Positions 40,813-49,427 of a stretch of DNA of 64,000 nt are shown here, in pieces. The stretch spans positions 1,090 to 65,089 of the forward strand of contig JAGOTT010000001.1 in the NCBI GenBank assembly GCA_018061645.1. Reading direction: 5' to 3'. Position 1 is the first letter of the stretch. The number at the start of each line of letters is the position of its first letter. The position numbers and the translations under genes were made by a program. Source of the stretch: Candidatus Moraniibacteriota bacterium (GTDB lineage Bacteria; Patescibacteriota; Minisyncoccia; Moranbacterales; UBA1568). Under the pieces are notes generated by a model. The model was not told the DNA's origin. It was given only the letters and a program-made list of their open reading frames with translations, and did no database searches.

Positions 40813-41901
40813 ATGCATACCATCATGGAACAGAATAAAGGGAAAAAGGGGCAGGAGGCCGTTTCGCGGGGAGAGGAGGTCTTTTCTTTCGCTCGGTCAC
40901 TCCGGGATTTCTCGGAGGTTCTTTTGCCGCGGACGAGGGAGATCGTCTCGTCAAGATTCGGTTTGTCAGGAGGGAAGACGAAGACTCTTGAGGAGATCGG
41001 AAAGGAGTATGGCATCACGCGGGAGCGCGTGCGGCAGATTCTCGCGAGCGCGTTCTCGCTCGTGAAACAGCGTCGGGACAATCCGTCCTATATCGGGGCC
41101 GCATCCCGCATAGAGGAATCACTCGCCGATCATAGCGGGATATTGGCGGCTGACGATCTTTTCGCCGTTCTCTCGGGCGGTGATAAGAGCGAGTATGGGG
41201 CTATCCGATTTTTTCTCGAATGTCTGAAGTCCGTGAAGGAAGAGAAGGAGACGCGGAACCGTCCGCGGACATTCGTGGTCGCCGGATTTCCGTTTTCGGA
41301 ATGGGAGAAGGTGTTTTCGACCGCGGAGTCGGTGCTTCGGGATGCCGGAACCACGCTTGATGCCGATGAATTCTACGACCAGGCGGTGAAACGCCGTCTT
41401 TCGGTCGACCGAAAGACTTTTTTCGATTATCTCATGGCATCTTCCGCTATCCGGAAGAACGCGTTCGGTCGCTTCGGCTTTTCGGATTCGAGCGAAGTCC
41501 GACCGAGGGGAACCAGGGAAAAAGCCTATCTTGTGTTGAAGATGAATTCCGCACCGCTCCATTTCAAGGACATCGCGGCTAGGATCGACGAGATCGGTCT
41601 CCAGCGAAAAGGGCGGAAGACGCATCCGCAGACGGTGCATAACGAGCTCATAAAGGACAAGAAATTCGTACTGGTCGGACGGGGTCTGTACGCGCTTTCC
41701 GAATGGGGGTACAGACGGGGAACGGTCCGTGAAGTGCTTGACGGGATCCTGTCCACATCCGGTGCGCCGATGAAGCGCGATCGGATTCTCGAGGAAGTCC
41801 TCCGTGTCCGGCAAGTCAAACGATCGACCATTATCATCAATCTGAACGCATTTTTTGAAAAAGTCGGCAAAGAAGAGTATACTGTGAAAACGAGGCGGTA
41901 A
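40813..41901 (+). CDS. Sigma-70 region-4-like HTH protein with large C-terminal domain
   Basis: SRFGLSGGKTKTLEEIGKEYGITRERVRQILASAF is a region-4-type HTH near the N-terminus. No region 2 recognised. Confidence 0.45.
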   Translation: MHTIMEQNKGKKGQEAVSRGEEVFSFARSLRDFSEVLLPRTREIVSSRFGLSGGKTKTLEEIGKEYGITRERVRQILASAFSLVKQRRDNPSYIGAASRIEESLADHSGILAADDLFAVLSGGDKSEYGAIRFFLECLKSVKEEKETRNRPRTFVVAGFPFSEWEKVFSTAESVLRDAGTTLDADEFYDQAVKRRLSVDRKTFFDYLMASSAIRKNAFGRFGFSDSSEVRPRGTREKAYLVLKMNSAPLHFKDIAARIDEIGLQRKGRKTHPQTVHNELIKDKKFVLVGRGLYALSEWGYRRGTVREVLDGILSTSGAPMKRDRILEEVLRVRQVKRSTIIINLNAFFEKVGKEEYTVKTRR

Positions 41902-41989
41902 AAGGTTTCGTGGTGTTTCCCTCTATACGAAGCAAGAAAGGTCGGGCGGTTTATGGCGCAACGACGCATCCGTTCCCTCCGTACATCAC

Positions 41990-43288
41990 ATGGACATCAT
42001 TCTTCTTTCTCTCGGAGATTTTTTCCGCGAAATAAACCGGGCGTTCTCGCTTCTCGGCGACGTCTGGTATTTCCTGTTTCCGCCCATCCTCTATCCGCTC
42101 TTCAAGATATTCTGGATGGATCATATCCAGAACCGGTACGTCGGTACCCTCTCCTACGTGCTGCTTGAGATCATCCCGCCGAAGGAGATGGAAAAGAGCC
42201 CGAAGCCCATGGAATCGGTTTTTTCGGGTCTTGTCGGTGTCGCAAAAGGCTACAGCGTCGTCGAACAATTCGTCCAGGGGCAGTTTCCGGCATCGTTCTC
42301 GCTCGAAATCGCGAGCGAGGGCGGGGAGGTGCACTTCTATGTCAGGACCCAGAAAGGATTCCGCAACCTTGTGGAAGCCCATTTTTATGCCCAGTATCCG
42401 GATATGGAAATCATGGAGGTTCCGGATTATATCGGCAATGTCCCGGTGACGGTTCCGAACAACGAATGGGATCTGTGGGGAACCGACTTCAAGTTGACGA
42501 AACCGGATCTGTATCCGATCCGGACATATCCGTCATTCGAGGAGGATGTGACGGGAAAGATGATCGACCCTTTGGCGGGTCTCATCGAATCAATGGGGCG
42601 GCTTTCGCCCGGTCAGAACATCTGGTTCCAGATGATCATCTCTCCGGAGGAGGATTCATGGTACAAGAAAGGCCAGGCGACCGTGGACGAATTCATCGGA
42701 AAACCGAAAAAGGAATCGACGAGCATGTTCGGGATGATATGGCACGATCTTCTTGATGTCCTTTCGAACATCATTCCCGGACTGATTTCCGGAACGGCGT
42801 TCTCGACGCTCGAGAAAAAGGCGGATGCCAAACAGGATCAGCCGCTCGAGTTCCGGCTTTCGCCGGGACAAAAGGATGTGCTGAAAGCGCTCGAACGCAA
42901 TCTCGGGAAACAGATGTACAGGACGAAGATGCGCATGCTCTATGTCGGGAAGCGGGACGGGTTCGATAAGTCGTTCGTCTCCATGTTCATGGGATCGCTC
43001 AAGCAGTTCAACGACATGAGTCTGAACGGATTCGCTCCGGAAGCCGACTCGAAGACCTATGCGCAGTATCTGTTCGTGAACGAGCGGCTGCGGTACCGCC
43101 AGAGGCGGATCTTCCGGCGGTACATATCACGCGATCCCGATCCGACAGGGAAGATGTTCGAGCTTTCCATCGAGGAGCTCGCGACACTGTTCCATATGCC
43201 GGACTTCTCCGTGATGGCGCCGGCTCTGGTCCGTGTCGCGGCGAAGCGGTCGAGTGCGCCTGCCAATCTTCCTATTCTTGAGGATTAA
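41990..43288 (+). CDS. Membrane-anchored partner protein of the downstream ATPase (hypothetical)
   Basis: 432 aa with an N-terminal TM hairpin. The downstream gene starts 10 nt after its stop. Confidence 0.5.
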   Translation: MDIILLSLGDFFREINRAFSLLGDVWYFLFPPILYPLFKIFWMDHIQNRYVGTLSYVLLEIIPPKEMEKSPKPMESVFSGLVGVAKGYSVVEQFVQGQFPASFSLEIASEGGEVHFYVRTQKGFRNLVEAHFYAQYPDMEIMEVPDYIGNVPVTVPNNEWDLWGTDFKLTKPDLYPIRTYPSFEEDVTGKMIDPLAGLIESMGRLSPGQNIWFQMIISPEEDSWYKKGQATVDEFIGKPKKESTSMFGMIWHDLLDVLSNIIPGLISGTAFSTLEKKADAKQDQPLEFRLSPGQKDVLKALERNLGKQMYRTKMRMLYVGKRDGFDKSFVSMFMGSLKQFNDMSLNGFAPEADSKTYAQYLFVNERLRYRQRRIFRRYISRDPDPTGKMFELSIEELATLFHMPDFSVMAPALVRVAAKRSSAPANLPILED

Positions 43289-43297
43289 CGAACGTTT

Positions 43298-45382
43298 ATG
43301 TCCGATCAGAACGATATCAGTTTCTTCGCACGAACGAACTTCCGGAACCAGGAACGGATTTTCGGCATCAAGGAGGACGATCGGCGCCGACACATGTACG
43401 TGATCGGAAAGACCGGCATGGGGAAGACGAACCTGCTCGAGAACCTCGCCATCCAGGACATCAAGCATGGCAAGGGGATCGCGTTCATCGATCCTCACGG
43501 AGATACCGCCGAGAAGCTCATCCGGGCGATTCCTTCGGACCGGATCAACGACGTCATCTATTTCAATCCGGCTGACCAGGATTTCCCGATCGCGTTCAAC
43601 GTCATGGAGAACGTGAACTCGGAGTACAAGCATCTCATCGCGTCCGGTCTCGTCGGCGTGTTCAAGAAACTCTGGGCGGATTCGTGGGGACCTCGGCTCG
43701 AATACATCCTCCGGAACGCGATCCTCGCGCTCCTCGAGTATCCGGGATCGACCCTGCTCGGAGTCACGCGCATCCTCGTCGACAAGGATTATCGCGAGAA
43801 GGTCGTCGCGAAAATCACGGATCCGGTCGTGCGTGCGTTCTGGGTGGACGAGTTCTCGAAGTGGAACGACCGCGTGCTTCAGGAAGTCATCTCTCCGATC
43901 CAGAACAAGGTCGGACAGTTCCTCTCGACTTCGCTTATCCGAAACATCGTCGGTCAGACGACGTCGTCGTTCGATGTGCGCGAAGCCATGGACAGCGGCA
44001 AGATCCTTATCATGAACCTGTCCAAGGGTCGCGTCGGCGAGGATGCGAGCGCGCTCATCGGAGCGATGATGATTACCAAGATCCAGCTTGCCGCCATGGA
44101 ACGCGTCGACATGCCGGAGGAGGAGCGGAAGGATTTTTATCTCTATGTCGACGAGTTTCAGAACTTCGCGACGGAGTCGTTCGCGAACATCCTCTCCGAG
44201 GCGCGGAAATACCGGCTCAGCCTCATCCTCGCGAACCAGTACATCACCCAGCTCGACGAGAAAGTGGCGGATGCGGTCTTCGGTAACGCGGGAACGATCA
44301 TTGCCTTCCGTGTCGGCGCGGCAGACGCGGAGATCCTCGAGAAGGAATTCGATCCGGTCTTTCTCATGAACGACATCGTCAACCTGCCGAAATACAACAT
44401 CTACCTCAAGCTCATGATAGACGGCATCGCCGGTGACGCGTTCTCCGCGACCGTGCTTCCCCCGATTTCCCTTCAGGAGACGGCTGAGAATGAGGAGAAG
44501 GTGATCCGCATCTCGCGGGAGCGGTATGCGTCTTCGAAAAAGGAAGTCGAAGACAAGATAAGGCGGTGGAGCGGTATGCTTACCGAAGACGAGCGTGCGG
44601 AACTTCTCCGAAAGAAGGCATTGCCGATATCACATCCCATCGTGTCGCAGAGGAGTCCGACAGTTGTGCCGAAGCAGCCGGTATCCTTGTCTGCGAAACC
44701 GATAGTCGCATCATCAAAACCGAAAAGTGCGTTCGCCATAAGATATCCCCGTGAGACGGAGGAGGAGCCGAAGTCGGCTGTCGCGGAGGATCCTGCGGAT
44801 GTTCCGGAACCGATCGTTGCGGCTCCGGTTCCGGCCGAAGTGACAGTTTCCGTTCCGGAATCCGTACCTATGGAAACACCGGAACCTCTTCGGGACGAAT
44901 CCGCACTCCAGACGGAATTCGAGCGGGCACTTTCCGTCGCGGAGCAGGTCGGGGACGAGGTATCCGAAAAAACGATGTCCCTACCGGAAGTGGAGCCGGA
45001 AGAACGTCCGACATACCCGTCGCTCTGTGATACCTGCGGCATGGAGATCCGCGTTCCGTTCCAACCGGACGGATCCCGTCCGACCTTCTGCAAGGAGTGT
45101 TTCAAGAGCCATCAACGGACGATGGCTCGCGCGCGTGAGGACCGTTCGAAACCGAAGACGGTTGCTTCCGGCGTTCAGAGGAAGTCGGGTTTCGAGCGGA
45201 AGCAGGATGTCCCGTATTCGCGCACGACTGAGGCACGTGTCTACGCTTCGGCCGACGAGCCGATCTCGCTTTCGCGGGCATCGCTCGTCGCTCCGAAAAA
45301 ATTCAAACCGCTGCATAAGCGTCCGGATCCGGACCTCGGTGCGGTCCGGGACATACTGAAAAACAGGAAACCGAAAAAATGA
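43298..45382 (+). CDS. FtsK/HerA-superfamily P-loop ATPase resembling type IV coupling proteins (TraD/VirD4-like), with disordered linker and C-terminal Zn-ribbon
   Basis: Walker A VIGKTGMGKTNLL closely followed by a DPHGD motif (compare DPKGE in VirD4/TrwB). Walker B LYVDEFQNF. No N-terminal TM helix. C-terminal CDTCG...(17)...CKEC. Confidence 0.5.
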   Translation: MSDQNDISFFARTNFRNQERIFGIKEDDRRRHMYVIGKTGMGKTNLLENLAIQDIKHGKGIAFIDPHGDTAEKLIRAIPSDRINDVIYFNPADQDFPIAFNVMENVNSEYKHLIASGLVGVFKKLWADSWGPRLEYILRNAILALLEYPGSTLLGVTRILVDKDYREKVVAKITDPVVRAFWVDEFSKWNDRVLQEVISPIQNKVGQFLSTSLIRNIVGQTTSSFDVREAMDSGKILIMNLSKGRVGEDASALIGAMMITKIQLAAMERVDMPEEERKDFYLYVDEFQNFATESFANILSEARKYRLSLILANQYITQLDEKVADAVFGNAGTIIAFRVGAADAEILEKEFDPVFLMNDIVNLPKYNIYLKLMIDGIAGDAFSATVLPPISLQETAENEEKVIRISRERYASSKKEVEDKIRRWSGMLTEDERAELLRKKALPISHPIVSQRSPTVVPKQPVSLSAKPIVASSKPKSAFAIRYPRETEEEPKSAVAEDPADVPEPIVAAPVPAEVTVSVPESVPMETPEPLRDESALQTEFERALSVAEQVGDEVSEKTMSLPEVEPEERPTYPSLCDTCGMEIRVPFQPDGSRPTFCKECFKSHQRTMARAREDRSKPKTVASGVQRKSGFERKQDVPYSRTTEARVYASADEPISLSRASLVAPKKFKPLHKRPDPDLGAVRDILKNRKPKK

Positions 45383-45388
45383 CAGACT

Positions 45389-46234
45389 ATGAACCGACGA
45401 TGGGGAGTATTTTTGTTCGTGATCCTGTTTTCAGGTGCCCTATTTTCATATCGCGATGCGCTGTCCGTCATGGCGGACGATTTTTCATTGTACGTGAAAT
45501 ACCGTGCGGGTGCGGATTTTTATCGTGATCATTCGGGAAACGACTTCAGAACGGACGAACGATGGCTTTCCGCGCTCCTTTTCGAATATCGTCGGACGAT
45601 TCTCTCGGGGGAGGTCGAACGCGTTTCGCATGACCCCTTCCTTCGCGTTCTCGGGGAGCGGAAACGCTCCTTCTCCGTGTTCGACTCCATGGATCCGGTA
45701 CGATCGGAATCCGGGTACGGGTATCGCGTTAGTTCGGAGTATCGCCGTTTCCTTGTCGATCCGTGGGATGAAATCCTGCTCAAGCCGCTGTATTGCGATG
45801 TGTACGGATATTCCGATCGCGATTTTTCCGCGCTTGCCTCGATCCCGCTTGATGGCGGGTATGCCGACACCCACAAACTCCTCGGTCTGCTGTTTCTCCG
45901 CGAGCAGGGATGCTACGATCGGGCGATGCTCGATCGGATGATCCGTCAGGGATCGGAACGTATCGCCGGTTCCGCCGAATCGGATGCCGGATGGAGCGAT
46001 CTTTCCTCGGAAAGGATCGTGTTTCTTTACTGGGCCGGTGAAGGATCTCTCGTGAAGCGCGAGTGGGTGGAGCGGATAGCCGATGCGCAGGGAAGCGACG
46101 GAGGATGGTCGGATCCGGACTTCGGCTCCGGGTCGAACGCTCATTCCACGGGGCTTTCCCTTCTCGCTATCCGGTATTTTCTTGAAGGGAAGACCCCCGT
46201 GTCATTCTTTGCCCCGCTTGATAGGGTGGAATGA
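45389..46234 (+). CDS. Secreted protein with prenyltransferase/squalene-oxidase-like repeat
   Basis: Signal/anchor WGVFLFVILFSGALF. SDGGWSDPDFGSGSNAHSTGLSLLAI matches the DGGW...T..ALLAL repeat signature. Confidence 0.35.
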   Translation: MNRRWGVFLFVILFSGALFSYRDALSVMADDFSLYVKYRAGADFYRDHSGNDFRTDERWLSALLFEYRRTILSGEVERVSHDPFLRVLGERKRSFSVFDSMDPVRSESGYGYRVSSEYRRFLVDPWDEILLKPLYCDVYGYSDRDFSALASIPLDGGYADTHKLLGLLFLREQGCYDRAMLDRMIRQGSERIAGSAESDAGWSDLSSERIVFLYWAGEGSLVKREWVERIADAQGSDGGWSDPDFGSGSNAHSTGLSLLAIRYFLEGKTPVSFFAPLDRVE

Positions 46235-46425
46235 CGATTGTTCGGAAGAGGATTTTCTGATATCATGGACGCGTACTATGGAATTCCGAAAGCGCCACAA
46301 AAAACTGTATCTGTTCTGGGTGATATCTTCGTTCCTGGTCGTTTTTTCCATGGTCGCGTTCCTGTTCGCGCCGCTCTTCTATTAGTGAGGATATCGAGTG
46401 TGTCATCCGATATTTCCGAGAGGGT

Positions 46426-46809
46426 ATGAAGGGTATTCCGATATTCGCGCGTTTTCTGGTAGTGGTGTTCGTCGTCGGTGTCGCGCTTGTCCTTTCGTCC
46501 GCCTGGGAAGAGATGGAGCGGTCGAAACGGATCGAGAGCGAAGTGGCGAAACTTCGTGCCGAAGCGGATCGGATACGCAACGAGAACAGCTCCATTTCCG
46601 AGAAACTGACATATTTCGCGACATCGGATTTCGAGGAGCGCGAGGCCAAGGAGAAGCTTGGGATGAAGAAGGATGACGAGTCGGTTGTTTCCGTCGAAGT
46701 CGGTTCCCCGAAGGCCATGCCGACGGATGGGGCGGAGGAACTTCCGACCGATCGGGATCCGATCCCGAATCATCGGAAGTGGATCCGGTATTTTTTCCCC
46801 GAGAAATAA
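46426..46809 (+). CDS. ftsB: Septum formation initiator (FtsB/DivIC family)
   Basis: TM helix plus coiled coil (ESEVAKLRAEADRIRNENSSISEKL). Confidence 0.6.
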   Translation: MKGIPIFARFLVVVFVVGVALVLSSAWEEMERSKRIESEVAKLRAEADRIRNENSSISEKLTYFATSDFEEREAKEKLGMKKDDESVVSVEVGSPKAMPTDGAEELPTDRDPIPNHRKWIRYFFPEK

Positions 46810-46827
46810 ATAATAGGTGAAAACGGT

Positions 46828-47892
46828 ATGAATATGGAAACAGTCAGACGCTATTGGGACGAGTTTCGCATCGGATCGTGGTTGCTCGGCATGGGGAGCG
46901 CGCTCGCGATCGCTGTCATCGTCGGGCTTCTGTTCGCGTATGTGCTGCCGGCTTCCTGGGGTATCACGGTGAAGGTGCGCGGAGCCCTTCCTTTTCCTGT
47001 GGCATCCATCGGGATGAATGCCGTCGCTTCTTTCGATGATGTCGCGGAAAATCTCGCATCCGTCCGTCGTTTCTACGAAGCCCAGGATTTTTCCTCGGTC
47101 GGAATGCGTGTCGATTTCTCGACGCCGGACGGGGAAAAGCGGCTCAAGATCCGCGAGAAGGAGATTTTGAACAAGATGATCGAGGACGAGGCTCTCCGGT
47201 TGATTGCCGCCCGATCCGGGATACGCGTTTCGGAAGAAGATGCGACTCGGGCCGTTTCGGAACATCTCCGATCGATCGGTGGAGAAGAGAAAGGTGCTGC
47301 GGAAAAACTTTCGCGGCTCTACGGATGGAACCTTTCCGAATTCGAGGAAAAAGTGGTACTTCCGAGCCTGTATGAGGAAGCATTGCGGAAGCGGTTCGAG
47401 GCTGACGCGAATCAGTTCGCGGCCGCGAAAAACAAGGCGGAACAGGGAAAGAAACTTCTCATCGACGGACGGAGCTTTGCGGATGCGGCAAGCGAGGTTT
47501 CCGAAGGACGAACCGCGAAGCAGGGCGGATCCATGGGATGGTTTTCCTATGAAAATCTCATCCTGCCGCTCCAGGAGCCGGCGAAGTCGCAGAAGATCGG
47601 CGAGCCCGGAGAAATCATGGAGAGTTCGCTCGGATTTCACATTCTTCAGGTCGACGAGCGGAAGACCGAGAAAGGGAAGGAACTCGTCCGGTTGAGTCAA
47701 ATTTTCGTCGCGAAAAAGACGTTCGGGGATTGGCTTGCCGATGAGATGAAGAATCTCGGAATAAGGGTGTTCGCCCCGGAATACGAATGGAACAACGATA
47801 CGGCGCGTGTCGATTTCAGGAACGCGGATTTCCGGAAATTCGAAAAGGAGATACTCGAGAAGTCCGAGGGTGACGCCTCGGTGATATTCTGA
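46828..47892 (+). CDS. PpiC-type peptidyl-prolyl isomerase (SurA/PrsA-like)
   Basis: N-terminal anchor. Parvulin domain GGSMGWFSYENLILPLQE...GFHILQV. Confidence 0.7.
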   Translation: MNMETVRRYWDEFRIGSWLLGMGSALAIAVIVGLLFAYVLPASWGITVKVRGALPFPVASIGMNAVASFDDVAENLASVRRFYEAQDFSSVGMRVDFSTPDGEKRLKIREKEILNKMIEDEALRLIAARSGIRVSEEDATRAVSEHLRSIGGEEKGAAEKLSRLYGWNLSEFEEKVVLPSLYEEALRKRFEADANQFAAAKNKAEQGKKLLIDGRSFADAASEVSEGRTAKQGGSMGWFSYENLILPLQEPAKSQKIGEPGEIMESSLGFHILQVDERKTEKGKELVRLSQIFVAKKTFGDWLADEMKNLGIRVFAPEYEWNNDTARVDFRNADFRKFEKEILEKSEGDASVIF

Positions 47893-47983
47893 AACATGTC
47901 GGTCGTCCGCTACGTCATATGATGTGTAATAAGTAAGCCGGACGATTTCCGAGCCATAGGCGCGGAGGTCGTTTCCAGTCCTT

Positions 47984-49291
47984 ATGGAAAACCAGGAAAA
48001 TGAAGTCGTGAAACCCGATGTTTCATCCGAAGAGAAGCCCGTCGGCGGATGCTGTGGGAACGGCAGACATCCCGTCTGTGGAAGGGCGCGATGCATGTTC
48101 CGGCTGCTCGGTATAGTGGTGATCGCTGCCGCCGCCGGCGTATTCGGGGCGGCGTATTCGCCGATGATCCTTTCGGGCGTGAATCTTCCTTTTTTGTCCG
48201 TTTCCGCTCCGGAGAGTATTGCGACGCGCGTCGTCGAGGAACGTGTCGTGCAGGAGGATTCGCTTATCATCGATCTCGTGGAGAAATCGTCCCCGGCGGT
48301 CGTTTCCATCGTCGCGACCAAGGACGTCCCGAAGGCTCGAAACTTCGGGCCGTTCGGTGGATTCTTTTTCTTCCAGGATCCGTATCAGTCGCAGGACGAG
48401 GACGGATCGCAGGATATGACCGAGAAGCGGCGGGTGGGGAGCGGTACCGGATTTCTCGTCTCGGAGGACGGCATGATCGTGACGAACAAGCATGTCGTGT
48501 CGGACGAGACCGCGGAGTATACTGTGCTGCTCGACGGAGGGAAGGAATACCAGGCTACGGTGCTTGCGCGCGATCCGGGACACGACCTCGCGGTCATCAA
48601 GATCGATGGGACGGGATTTCAGACGATCGGACTCGGGGATTCGGATTCCATAAAGGTCGGGCAGACGGTGATCGCGATCGGCAATTCGCTCGGTGAGTTC
48701 TCGAACTCTGTCTCGCGCGGCATCATCTCGGGGCTCGGACGGAGCGTGACCGCTGGAAGCGGATTCGGCGATGCCGAGACGCTGACCGATATCATCCAGA
48801 CCGACGCAGCAATCAACCCGGGGAATTCCGGCGGACCATTGCTCGATGTTTCCGGGAAGGTGATCGGTATCAATGTCGCGGTGGCGCAGGGCGCGCAGAG
48901 TGTCGGGTTCGCGATTCCGGTGAACCAGATAAGGCGGACGGTCGAGGATGTGAAAGCGACCGGGAGAATCTCGACGCCCTATATCGGTGTTCGTTACGCG
49001 ATCCTCGACGAGGCGGCGCAGAAGGAGAACAGCCTTCCCTTCGCGTACGGCGCGATCGTGCTTCGCGGGACGAAACCGACCGAGTTCGCCGTCATTCCGG
49101 GGTCTCCGGCGGACAAGGCGGGCATCGTGGAAAACGATATCATTCTCGAGATCGGCGGACAGAAAGTCGATACCGAACATCCGCTCGGAAACATTATCGC
49201 GGGTTACCGCCCCGGTGACGAGGTGACGCTCAAGCTCTGGCACAAGGGCGAAAACAAGGAGGTGAAGGTTACGCTCGAGGAACGGAAGTGA
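47984..49291 (+). CDS. htrA: HtrA/DegP-family serine protease with PDZ domain
   Basis: Catalytic motifs TNKHVV, D, GNSGGPLLD. C-terminal PDZ. N-terminal TM. Confidence 0.85.
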   Translation: MENQENEVVKPDVSSEEKPVGGCCGNGRHPVCGRARCMFRLLGIVVIAAAAGVFGAAYSPMILSGVNLPFLSVSAPESIATRVVEERVVQEDSLIIDLVEKSSPAVVSIVATKDVPKARNFGPFGGFFFFQDPYQSQDEDGSQDMTEKRRVGSGTGFLVSEDGMIVTNKHVVSDETAEYTVLLDGGKEYQATVLARDPGHDLAVIKIDGTGFQTIGLGDSDSIKVGQTVIAIGNSLGEFSNSVSRGIISGLGRSVTAGSGFGDAETLTDIIQTDAAINPGNSGGPLLDVSGKVIGINVAVAQGAQSVGFAIPVNQIRRTVEDVKATGRISTPYIGVRYAILDEAAQKENSLPFAYGAIVLRGTKPTEFAVIPGSPADKAGIVENDIILEIGGQKVDTEHPLGNIIAGYRPGDEVTLKLWHKGENKEVKVTLEERK

Positions 49292-49311
49292 AAAATGAAG
49301 AGCAAATCATC

Positions 49312-49347
49312 GAAGGGGATCCGCTTGGATCCCCTTTTTGTTTTTTG
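49312..49347 (+). terminator. Rho-independent terminator after htrA
   Basis: GAAGGGGATCC-GCTT-GGATCCCCTT plus TTTTGTTTTTTG. Confidence 0.7.
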
Positions 49348-49427
49348 TACGGAAAACCATTTTCAAATCGTTTTTTTTTTTGCTAAAATGAAGGGAAAGA
49401 ACCGATGCAAAACGAAAATGGCACCAT

